Assembly (NCBI GenBank): GCA_022813965.1
Contig: JALDZS010000064.1
Coordinates: 1 to 64,000 of the forward strand
Length of the DNA stretch: 64,000 nucleotides
Direction of reading: 5' to 3'
DNA from: Toensbergia leucococca
Lineage: Eukaryota
In this document: in pieces, positions 13,608 through 25,625 of the stretch
Numbering within the stretch: position 1 is the stretch's first letter
Layout: the number at the start of each line of letters is the position of its first letter
Program-made: the position numbers and the translations under genes
Notes under the pieces: model-generated
Seen by the model: only the letters and a program-made list of their open reading frames with translations
The model's database searches: none
Told to the model about the DNA's origin: nothing

Positions 13608-14671
13608 TGTTTTTGTTGATAACATGGTTCCACAGTACATATTCAGGCATCTCTAGAGATAGCTCCATCTACATACACAAGATGAACAGAAGTATAAGAG
13701 ATTCCCGTTTCCCGTTTGATCTTGAAGCCACCGCCATTGATCATACCTTATCCACCGGTTGTACTGTAGGTGAGACGAAATGACCGAAGCCATGCCAGAG
13801 TGTTTTCTTTCAAAGCAGGCTTCCAATAACGTAACAACACTGCAGAATCAGACAAGTTGTTAGCTGAAGGGGGGGCCAGGAGGCGGACACGTAAGTCGCA
13901 TACTCACTCTTTGGGCCGTAATGTGCTCACAGCGTAGGTTCAGGATGGTACAGAGGGGAGGGCGATGGCGTGATGTAGTAGATCAAGAAATGAGGAATCG
14001 TAGAATCTGAGAAACTCTTGCAATACAATAGGGATGAGGACGCAAAAATCACCTCACCGTCGCCGCCGGCAAATGAGCATCGGCTAGGTCCTCTCAGGCG
14101 TCGTTGTCGCCGTCGCAGCTCACCATTGCATAGCATCTGCAAAAGACACTTGTCACATGCGTGGAATGCAGCTTGCTACCCTTGAATCCTGATAGGACGA
14201 GAGAGAAGAACGAGAGCGAAATTTGCTTGTCAAATCACTCTTGTACTGGAATAACTAGTAGAGTAGACAGACTCGACAAACAAGAGTTCTACGTGATGGA
14301 ATTGTTCCCTGCAATTCGATCGAATGAGACATGTACACTCAAAATGCGCAAATCGATACGGTAATGCAGTATCTTGGTTGTATCGACCGTACGAGTGACT
14401 TGGCACGCTTGGCACCTTGGTAAGTACGGAGTACGGATACTAAGCCGCGTAAAACGCAGGCGTAAATATTCTAGCACCCCGCCGCGTGTCTAAAAATCTA
14501 CTCTAGTTTGGCGCGTTTCACCGTTTTTGAGATGATTTCCGTGAGTGCCGTCAACACATCATTACACACTGATAATCCCAGACTTTTGTTTTAAGTTTGG
14601 CCCTGAAGCCTGCAAATAAAATTATAAATGTCGCTACGTAACATCCATGACTGTTTTCGAAGTAGGACACC

Positions 14672-17600
14672 ATGGGCGAGCTCTCCGACTTCCATGTTGG
14701 CCAAACAGTCGAGCTCCAGGATGGCCGCATTGCTACCGTACAATTCATCGGTAACACCCACTTTGCCGCTGGCGATTGGATAGGAGTTGAGCTGGATGAT
14801 GCTTCTGGTAAAAATGATGGAGCCGTTCAAGGTCAACGCTACTTTGACTGCACCCCAGGACATGGCATGTTTGTTCGTCCAGCAGCTGCGAACTCCATCG
14901 ATGAGCCTACACCAAAACCTGTTGGGCGTACAACAGGGAAGCTTGATAGGATGGCTAGTAAAGCTAGGCCAGAGGATGCAACAGTGGGGGTTTTGAGACG
15001 TCAGAGTGTCGTAGAGACGACCACAACGAGAAGGCAGAGCACGAATGCAGGCAGCCCAACTCCTAGAGGGAAGATTGGCACAGGATCAATGGCATCAAGA
15101 GTACTTCAGGTCATTTGTTGAACAATAAGATTCGAACAACTGCTGATTACTTGGCAGTCCCCCAGCAAATCCCCAACGAAGCAGCTTGCCTTGGGCAATG
15201 CACTGGGGGCTAACACGTCTTCTACAGCGCGAAAGCCTTCTACCATGACTGCCAAAACTAGTCGCCCTTCAATTGGCCCTCCATCTACGCATCTTTCAGC
15301 TTTGAATCCAAAAGCTTCACACCCGCCCATCATAAAAAACTTGAATGGCTCCGCTGAAGCTGCCCGCCAACCTTCTATAACCTCTTCAAGAGCGCCATCT
15401 CATCGATTGTCCCTCCAATCTGGAAGTACTAGGCGGCTTGGTTCTATAAGTGGCGAGAGCCATGCTAGCGCGGGTAGTGGCCTGGATTCCCTTGCGGAAA
15501 GTCTAGAACAGGAAGAGGCTCCAGCACCAAAGCTTTCGCCACCTAATGTTGAGTTGCGAGACGACCAATCAAGGGGAACTTTGGACTCGTCGCTCTCCTT
15601 TATATCTGCTGGTAGCCGATTTATCAGCTCACCCAAGCCCACATCGTCTCGTGAAAGATCCCCGCCTACGACGCTTCAACGACCTATGACAACTGGTAGT
15701 GCCGCACATAGAGAAGTTGAGGATCTCAAGATCAAGCTTCGGATCCTGGAAAGAAAGCGCATGGAAGATAGGGAGAAGCTAAAGGCAATGGATAGAATAC
15801 AGGCGGAACGTGACAAGTTTGAAGGAATTATTCAGAAGCTTCAATCAAAATATCAACCACAGCAACAAGAAGTTGTAGAGCTTCGTAGACGATTAAAAGA
15901 AGAGCAAGCAAAGCTCGATGCCACAGAAAACCAACAAGCTGAGAATGAAACTGTGGTCGAGATGGCAACGCTAGACAGGGAAATGGCAGAACAAATGTCA
16001 GAGTCATTGAAAACTGAGCTCGATTTACTCCGACAGAAGCACGAGGAATTGGCTCTTGAAGCCGAAATTCTCCGGGAAGAGAATCAGGAATTAGGAAAAG
16101 AGATGAGTCCTGATGAGAAATCTACTCAAGGCTGGTTGCAGCTGGAACGAAGTAATGACCGCCTACGTGAAGCTTTGACGCGGCTACGCGATGTGTCACA
16201 GCAGCAGGAATCGGAGCTCAAGAGCCAGGTGAAGGAGCTTGAGAAAGATGTACAAGATCTTGGGATTATCAAAGAGCAATATTCTGAGACGAAACGGAAA
16301 TTAGCACAAGCTGACGCAGCTGTAGAAGATTTGAAGCTACAGCTTGATACGGCTCTGGGTGGTGAGGAAATGATTGAAGAGCTTACTGAAAAAAATCTCT
16401 TGCTCAACGAGCAATTGGATAACTTGAGAGCAACCATTGAAGATCTGGAAAGCTTGAAGGAGCTGAACGATGAGCTTGAACTAAATCACATTGAGAATGA
16501 AAATCAAATGCAAGAAGAAATAGATGGCAATAGGACCATAGCAGCCACTCAAGAAAATAAACTCGTTACCCAATCCGAAAAAATCGAGGATCTTGAATAC
16601 ACCATCACTCGCTTCCGAGACCTAGTCACGAATATGCAAAGCGATCTTGAAAATATGAGAACGTCGCAGCAGATCACAGAGACGGAAGCCAGCGAATTAA
16701 GTAATCGGTCCAGAGCAATATTAGACATGAATATGCGTTTGCAGGTTTCGGCTTCCAAGGCTCAAGCCAAGGCCATTGATCTAGAGCTCGAACGAATGAG
16801 GGCTCAGGAAGTAACGGATCATCTTGCAATAGTCCAACTGTTCCTTCCGGAGTCATTCAAGAAAGAAGGAGACTCGGTGCTGGCTCTACTCCGATTCAAG
16901 CGGGTTAGCTTCAAAGCGCGACTTATGCATGATCTAATAAAGGAGCGGGTCAACGGCACGCCGTCTCCTGGCCATGAGGATGACATGTTCACGTGTTGTG
17001 ACATTTTAGAAAAGCTCACATGGGTAACAGCGACTTGTGATAGATTTATTAACTTCGTGCAGACCTCTACTCTTGAGGCTTTTCGTAAAATTCAGGGGGC
17101 GCTGTACGATCTTGAACCTGTGGAAAGATCTTTCAATGGTTGGATCGATGGCTTGAAGAAAGACAATTTTGAGGAACAGCATTGCGTGTCAGAATTACAA
17201 AGGTAGGCAATAAGCATGAAATATGAGTATGTCTGGTCGTTGATTATTCTACAGATCCATTGCGTTGATGATCCACCTGGCCGAGATTCACATTCACGAG
17301 AGTCTCGAACATTTCGCAGGCAGAGTCTATATGCATGCCTTGATGATGCAAAGTCATTTTGAAAACGCTGCTGCCGCTTTGTTGCATGCAATATCGATGG
17401 TAGAGAGCAGGACCCTCGTATCTAGTAGTGACGAAAGCGAAGACGATCAAAAATGGCGAGACTTTCTTGACAAGGCTCACGCTTTGACAACACGCATCCG
17501 CGGATCCACTCATATGACCAGCAAAGCCATTCATAACCTTGAAGAACTGAAGTCCCGGTCACTAACCTTGGAACCGGCAACATTGCCATCTGTGGAAATG

Positions 17601-18818
17601 TCCACGAATTTAGCTTCTGATTTGGCATTAGTCACTCGTAATATTGGCCTGTCTATCTTCAATCTTTTCAATGAGGAAGGCCGAGCTACTCCTTTTACTT
17701 ACCAAGACGTCTACCAAATTGTATCCTCCACCGATACTATACCTTTTCCGACCATTTCTACTCAGCTTCAGAAAACAAATGCTCAATTACGGCAATTTTG
17801 CGACTTAGCAAGCAGTCTAACACGAACCATAGAGATTCCCTCTCGCGATGATACACCTCCTTGGCAGCTTCTCGCGCAAAATCTACACGATGCAACTATC
17901 ACCTCTGCAGCACATGAAACAGAGATGGGAAAATTCAAAGATGATCTAATCGAAAAAAGAACCGCAATCGCTATGAGAGAGAAGGTAATAGATGAGCTAG
18001 GCGTAAAAGTCGAAGTTCTTGAAAAGCGAGCAGAGGAATCTGGTGGGCGTAGGGAAAAAATTAGAGAGTTGGAAGATATTGTGGAGATCGCAAAATCGAG
18101 GGAGAAAGAGCTTGTCGTGAAAGTCGCTAGTCTACGACAAGACCTACGAAGACTCGAAGACGAACAGCGAAGCTTGAAGAAGCCTACAAACGCTCTTCTG
18201 ACTCCTGAGAGCGGAGATAGCCTCTCCACCAACACCCTCAATGCCACCCCCGAGGCTAGTCTTCGCCAAGTGTCGAAACTCAATGCCGAGATTGCATCTC
18301 TTCAATCCTCGATTCGCTATCTCCGTGCATCGGCGCACTCCAAAAACCTATCCTCTTCACATTCATTTCTTTCCACCCCGCTTATCCCAGCCACGGTACC
18401 TTCAAATCCACTTCAGTCAGAAGCCAAAGGCGTACTCGAAGAGATGCTGCATCTTATCACGCGATCTGAAAATGAAATGGTGCAACTGCAGCAGCGTGAT
18501 AGAAGCCAAAGGCTTAAATGGAGGCCGGCAAAAGAGACGTGTGAGTGGACGGTGCAGCGACAAAAAGAGGAGTGGGAAGAGTGGCGAGAATGGAGGGATG
18601 GAGTTTCGAGAAAGGTGGGCCAGGAGAAGAGGGAGGGCGAAAGGAGGGCGATGATCAGGGAAAAGGTGGAGGGAAGGAAGGTATTGGCGAAAGTGCAGAT
18701 TCGATTACCAGGCCTCGGGGGTTATGGAAAGGGGCTAGAGGGGGGTGAGGTAAAGATCGTTCGGGCAGAGGAGTGGGAAGATGTAGAGGAGAGACTTGGG
18801 ATTGGGATTGGGATATAG
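14672..18818 (+). CDS. nudM: Dynactin p150Glued subunit (NudM/Ro-3/Nip100)
   Basis: CAP-Gly domain WIGVELDDASGKNDGAVQGQRYF, basic Ser/Pro linker, long coiled coil with EMATLDREMAE; introns near 15110-15158 and 17202-17253. Confidence 0.95.
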
Positions 18819-19982
18819 TGCATAGGAAGCGGGAAAAGGCATAGCGTGGGCGCAAAGGATGGATACCCTGCTATTGTGTAGCTATCGTTGTCAAATCCAG
18901 GACGAATCATTATTAGCAAGGTGCAAAAATGACCTAGGCGATTGCTTTGCACGGCATGTTTGCGACTTGTGGCTGCCTGAGCTGCCTGATAATTGACAAC
19001 CAACGATAATTCGAATAATAGTCAGGTACAGATAAAGCCCCAAATTCTTCCATTGGTACGATTCTCAAGGATTGACGTCTCCGATTAGCTTCCGAAAGGG
19101 TGACGATCCGACCCATGCTTGTGGGATATTTATTCTAGAATATGCAGGGCAGCGAGGGCACGAACCCTGTTTTGCATAGGACACGCGACCTCCTCCTACA
19201 AATGTCAAGAAATGGTGTGACAATGAGTGCAAGAGACGAAAACTGCCTCGGATCTGTCACGTCTTGTTGGGTTTCATTCAAGCCTTGCTTTTTGTTATCC
19301 GAGCGTGTTGGGCGTGCATTATCACTGCAGGCTTGCAAATGACGGTGTGAAGTCGGGAAGATTTATGCATGAGTGGGTCCTTTGCTCAGAAATGATTTCC
19401 TATTCCCTATTTCCTATCCGTATTTGGTTTCTGTCTCCCCGAGATTTTTTCTTCAAAAGATATCAAGGCTTCAGAGCAGGCTTAAGAAACTAATATTTTG
19501 ATTTCCGGACAAAGGGCTGATTTTTACAGAAGAAGAAGAATTGAGGCTATTGGGTGTGCGGGGTTCATTGAGAGTCGGGACTTAGCGAGGGAGCCAAGCA
19601 TTCGAGGTTCAAATTCTCTCCGTTTTAAGCCGATAAACATCCATTGACAGGAATTACGTAGAGACCATCGCATTATTCGTACCAAGCACGTACATTGCGA
19701 ACTCGAGATCAGATGCTCCCGTCATTTGCTACGAATATTTCCCACAGTACCACTCTGCCATTGGATGTACCCTACCCATAGCCAAGCCGAAGCCGAGAAG
19801 GAACAGAATCCATATTCTATTGAAAGAATCTCTTTGCCACATACCTTTCAAGAAGCTGGAGCGGACCTTTCATTCACCGTCGTCTGCCTATCACTCTGAC
19901 AGATACACCAAGCCTGTTCACCTCCGCCAATCCCGCAACCATATGCACACATGCAGCCTGGCATCTTGACTTTTATCCCAAC

Positions 19983-21409
19983 ATGACCACGGCGAGGAGG
20001 AATACCAGTGTCAATGGCGTTTCGGCTGGGGATACGCGCATCTGCGTTGTTATGGTTGGCTTGCCGGCCCGTGGAAAGAGCCTCATCGCCCAGAAAGGTA
20101 TTTCCAAGGCTTGAATCTACAGAACTGGGACTGATCCCATACTTCTACTTAGTCGTTCGCTATCTTGCCTGGCTCTCCATCCCAGCCAAAGTATTCAATG
20201 TTGGCTCATACCGCCGCGCCGATACTCCTCAACCCACTGCCGAGTTCTTCAGCACCGCAAATATAGAAGGCGAACGCCTACGCCATGCGGCTGCCGAAGC
20301 CGCTGTGAGGGATATGATCAGTTGGTTTCAGCAACGACATGGGCAACTAGCAATTCTCGATGCAACAAACTCCACCAAAAAGCGTCGCCGTTGGGTTCAT
20401 GAGCGTTGCGAAGCCAATAACATTCACACTTTGTTTGTGGAGTCTAAATGTGATAACGAGGACTTGATTATGAGTAATATCCTTGAAGTCAAGACCACGT
20501 CTCCTGATTACCAAGGGCAAGATCCCGAGTTGGCCGCTCAAGATTTCCGCAATCGGATCCGAAATTACGAGAATGTCTATGAGACAATCGATGAAGATGA
20601 AGCATACCTGACCTACGTCAAAATGATTGATGTTGGCAAGCAAGTCATCATCAACAAGATTCAGGATTATCTACAAAGTCGGGTGGTCTACTACCTCATG
20701 AATCTCCATATCAGACCGCGCTCAATATGGCTATCACGTGTCAGTGATTCATCCCTCCCTGAGTCCCATCAACGCTAACCATATCCAGCACGGCGAATCG
20801 GAATTTAATCTAGACGGCAAAATTGGTGGCGATGCTAACATCTCGGAGCGTGGCGAGCTTTACGCACGTGCTCTCCCTGACCTAGTTGCCAAATGTGTCG
20901 GCGACGATGTCCAGCTTACAATCTGGACCTCGACTCTCAAACGCACCATCCAAACCGCTCGCTTCCTCGCCGCCTCCTCAAAGGGGTATGACAAGCTAGA
21001 ATGGAAAGCCCTTGACGAGCTCGACTCGGGCGTCTGCGACGGCCTCACCTATCAAGAAATCTCGGATTCCTACCCCGAAGACTTCGCCGCCCGTGACGAG
21101 GACAAATACAACTATCGCTACCGCGGAGGGGAAAGTTACCGCGATGTCGTCATTCGTCTGGAGCCTATCATCATGGAACTCGAACGCAGCGAGAATATCA
21201 TTATTGTGACCCATCAGGCTGTCTTGCGCTGTATTTACGCTTACTACATGAATGTGCCCCAGGAAAAATCACCATGGATGGAGGTGCCACTGCATACCCT
21301 CATCAAGCTTACTCCCAGGGCGTACAGTACCCAGGAAGAGCGCTTCTCAGCGAATATCCCTGCCGTGAGTACGTTTCGGGAAAAGGGGAGTACGGCCAAG
21401 CATAAGTGA
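19983..21409 (+). CDS. FBP26: 6-phosphofructo-2-kinase/fructose-2,6-bisphosphatase
   Basis: MVGLPARGKS P-loop in exon 1, DATN, WLSR|HGES phosphatase motif split by an intron, GGESYRD, VTHQAV. Confidence 0.92.
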
Positions 21410-21886
21410 GGGTGCTTTCACTCGATTGGCGTTTCTTTGTTCTTCGTTTGCCTTTTATCTTATTCTGGGGTTTTGGCGGTGGGGTTGAGTGAGCGTGCTT
21501 TTGTTTATAGACGGAGGGTTTCTTCTCGCGCGGTTGCGAATGGCATACATTGCATGGATGAGAGGCGTTTTTTTCTTTTGTGGAACGGGGAGCGTGGTCG
21601 TGGGTGGGGTGGGGTGGGTGTGAAATCTTTCATGTTCTTTATGAGATATTAAACCTCATGTAGGTAGTTCATAAATCCCCTCCCTCTATCTAACTCTTAG
21701 AATAAGAAACAATGTGCATATATACTTTTGCCACTGAGCGTTGACTGTGTTCTTTTTTTTTTCAAAGAAGAAAATTCATCATGGGGGCGTTTTTTTTTCT
21801 CTTTTTTTCCCCCTCATTGATATGTAGAGTAACAGATTTCTGGGATTGTTTTTGCTAGATATCTTTGTTTATTCTCAAATTTTTAA

Positions 21887-21914
21887 ATTTTTTTTTTTTT
21901 TTTTTTTTTTTTTT
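21887..21914. repeat. poly(T) tract
   Basis: Run of about 27 T. Confidence 0.9.
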
Positions 21915-24239
21915 ATATTTCTATTCACCATCTTTCCGTATCTCATAGCTAAGAGGTTTTTTTTTTCAAGTTTAGAGAATTGTTGTGTTTGTGTGTGATG
22001 AGTGTGATGAGTATGTGATGCTTGTGATAAAATAAGATAGGATAGGATGGTGGTAGGATGATGATAGAAAGGGAAGGGAGGGAAGGGAGGGGAGTTTTAT
22101 TGTGCAAGACTTATCATGAATAGCCTCAAAGTAAATAAGTGCGAACAAACAGCACTTTATTCATCCATTCATTAATTCATTCCCTCATTCCAACCACCCT
22201 ACCAAGTCCACATCCCACCAAAAGGATCGCAAAGGTCGAAATGGGGTTTAAAATGAGAAGGGTCATATTCCTTCCCCCTACCCCCTGATTGAACTCACCT
22301 CATCTCATCTCATCCTCCCACCACAAGTCTCCAAATTATGGACTATAGTTGAATGACATGGAGAGAACAACATAGAAACGTAGAAAAGAATATGATATCG
22401 GACCGTAGAAGGGGCTTGAATAAGCAGCGTCACGTCAGCACAACCCCATCATTTGTCCTAGCAACTAAATATCGAGGCGATGATATGCGAAGTTATATAA
22501 ATTATTATTATTTTTTGGGATAGGAACAGTAGTAGGGAGATAGATTAATGATCGCCCAAACCTGATATTAGAGAAGAGTTTGGATTCTTGGCCAATACAA
22601 ACTCAGTGTAAACGAATGCGCTTTGTGAGATAGGCGCATTCCTATCTCCCTCCTAGTCCCCAAAAAAATTGTAAATTGGTTCCGAACCTTCCCAAGCCGC
22701 GAGTCTCGAATTCTGTAGAAGATCAGCACACAGCTGGCAGTCGCAGAAAGATTGAGACATCGATCGCTAAAAGGAGGTCTTAGCTCTGAGCATCAACATC
22801 AGCACGATCTCATCATTCCAAGTAAATAAACCCACCTAACAGCACGTGTAAATCATATCCTCTCCACGCCAAGGCAAAACCCGTCTCCGCAGACGGACGA
22901 GAGATGCTAGAGCCACTTCTCCAAGTCCTATGAGACTCCGAATCGAATCCAGGATTTACTCTAATCATCCATAGCGTTATGCCCAGAACTCTGGCACCAA
23001 AGCCAAAATCGACCGAGTGAATTGCACTTGGCGACTCGACTCTGGCTGCAGATGCATTCGAATGATTGTGGTGAGCAGCAATTGCTGCTCTGGGATTTGA
23101 ATCCATGGGTAATACTCGCAGATTCGAAGCTGGATGAGACAGAGATATCAGATAGCACAGCAGAGGATAAGGATTTGCATAGGATGATTGAGAGGATGTC
23201 CGTTGGTGTCAAGTGATTTGGAGGATTGGAGGGCATCTTGCGGTCATTGTTAGCTAGTACTGTTGCAAAGGGGCGTGGGCAGGGGGGGTAAATATGAGGT
23301 GATCATAGGAACGTACTGAGTAGATGTCTCGAGTGGAAAGGTTGTTGTCCTGAAAGAAGTGACTGTCAAAGCCCCTTTTTGGCTCTGTTCTGTCTTGTGC
23401 AGGAGCAGTATATGGAGTAGTGCTTGAGTCCAAGGCTTTCCTTGAGGGCCCTGCGTAGGAAATGGGATGTACGTACGCACAGGTAGAGGCTTTGTGTAAA
23501 ATGAGGTGACTTGATTTCGTGAGCTTGATAAGAGCCCTTACACACTCAACCTGTTACCCCTTTCGACTTTTTACCAACGCAAAAGCTCCCTCTCACAGAG
23601 GCAGACAGGAGAAGACGCACAGCGTGACAGTGAGAGGTTGCTCCTGTTGTACTCGACTTCCTTACAGTCGGTCTCCTTTAATGAAGACTAGCCAAATGTA
23701 TACCCATCGCGCTTCTTTTCTCAAGAAAGCTCATACCTCCTGAGTACTAGATAGTCTTTGTAGTGCACCAGCTGGACTACCTTGACTTTGAATTCATTAA
23801 TCTTCTCTTAGTCAAAGACAAGGGGTCTTGCATGAGGCCTTGTTCTTTGAATCTACAGACAGCAGCGTTATCAGCTTCATGTAATCACGCTGTCATACAG
23901 CTCCCCTGTAAGCCTCTAGACTTAATCTCCTACGTGAGCAGGACACCGGTATACATGCCCTGATGAGGATGTTCCTCTCTTCTTGGAGGAAGTCCACGGA
24001 ATGCTGCGGAAACGTGGTTTTGGTCTCTGCGGACGACAGGGCTGGACGTTGTGAATTCCTGCTGCACGATTTTCTCTCCTTTCATTCTACTCTTCACCAT
24101 CACCCACATTCAACCTGACGACAAGAGCTTACCACTCACCTTTCTCATCCATCTTCATTCCATCTTTGAACCTGATTTCCTCTGTACTTACTCTGCTACC
24201 TGACCATCAACACCAGCCAGTGTGGTGGTCTGGAGCGAT

Positions 24240-24703
24240 GTGAGTTTTCCATTTCCTCTGTTTTCACTACCTACCATCAAAATCACCACACGCAACACAA
24301 CAATGAGAGCTCTTTGCCTACCTTCCATCCTCCTTTCTCATAGCCTCAACCTATCCTGCCTCACCCTTGTTCTGTGATCTGGTCGTAGTAGTGGCTGGTA
24401 AGATGGCTCTTGTAGACATGTAAGTCTTCCATCTTCTCCTTTTACACACCTTCACCACCTACCATCACAATCACCACACGCAATACAATAGTGAGAGCTC
24501 TTTGCTTACCTTCCGTCCTCCTTTCTTATAGCTTCAACCTATCCTTCCTCACACTTGTTCCGTGATCTGGTCATAGTAGGGGCTGGTATGATGGCTCTGG
24601 TAGACATGTAAGTCTTCAATCTTCTCCTTTTACACACCTCCACCACCTGCCATCACAATCAAGCCGGTATGACAGCGAGAGCTTGTGAGATTAACTTTCA
24701 TAG
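24240..24703 (+). repeat. Tandemly duplicated exon-intron unit (about 188-bp period, 2.5 copies), non-coding
   Basis: Donors GTGAGT 24240, GTAAGT 24420 and GTAAGT 24608; acceptors TAG 24343, 24531 and 24703; the two 76-nt exons are highly similar and give no continuous ORF when spliced. Confidence 0.75.
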
Positions 24704-25049
24704 TCATCCTCCTTAAGACTTCAACTAAACCTTCCGCAAAGTAAGTCGGCGGATAGGTCGTGGATTTGGCAAGTATAATGGCTTATGTCGATGTTAGCTT
24801 TCCACCTTCTTCTTTTCAACCACTTGCAACACCAACCAACCCAAGGAAGAAGAGAAGGCCGTACTCGCCTTGACATCGGAGCGCAAGGAACTGGCGTTGT
24901 GGAATAGGCCAGGTGTCTCGAGCTCGCAACCGCCCCTTCAACCCCTACCAATGGTCATCGTCGTCGTCTCCGCCAGCGCGCCTGGACAGGGGCCGATTGG
25001 GCAGAATGCCCAGAGTGGGCAGAGTGCCCAAAGTGGGCAAATTGCCCAA

Positions 25050-25625
25050 ATGGGAGAAGGTCTCCATCCCTTTTACCATCCCACGCCACATCATATGGCG
25101 TCCACTGAGCATCATTTGCCTTCGGCGGAGGAACAACTGCAAATGTCCGCTCACTCTCCGGCCTCCGCAGCAGATCGCACAAAGTGGGCAGATTGTTCAA
25201 AGTGGGCCGATGGGCTCTCCACAGCAGATCGCACACAGTGGGCAGATTGCCCAAAGCGGACTCAGTGCCAATCGCGACCCGATTCTCACAGGATCTCCTT
25301 CCTCTCCGACTTCTAGTTGTTCCACCACTTGTTCCGAGGTACGGCTGCCTTGCAATATTGGCTTTACATGCGTGAACCCGGTGGAGCTGGCTGAGAAGTT
25401 TAAAGAATGTTCCCAACGGCAACTCAAATGGGCGAAGGTCTCCATCCCTTCTACCATTCCACGCCACATCATATGGCGTCCGCTGGGCAACATATGCCTT
25501 CGGCGGAGGAACAATATATATATATGTATATGTATACATCGACACATACATGGCCCACTTTGAGGGAGAAGAGGTCTCCCAAGAAGAGATCGAAAGTGTC
25601 GAGAGCTTGCGATGAGTGGAGAAGA
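25050..25625 (+). pseudogene. Duplicated N-terminal fragments of a Zn(II)2Cys6 transcription factor
   Basis: MGEGLHPFYH(P/S)TPHHMAS..H.PSAEEQ occurs at 25050 and 25428. KKRSKVSRACDEWRR at 25581-25625 is the start of a Zn2Cys6 motif with the second Cys changed to Trp and the rest missing. Confidence 0.6.

Noticed and set aside
19560..19625. tRNA-like GGTTCAAAT T-loop
   Set aside because: No acceptor stem, D-arm or anticodon arm could be built.
23957..24042. Hammerhead-like CTGATGA...GAAA within a GCCCTG/CAGGGC-closed structure
   Set aside because: GAAA does not directly follow stem II and there is no UH cleavage triplet after stem III. It may be structured but is not a canonical hammerhead.
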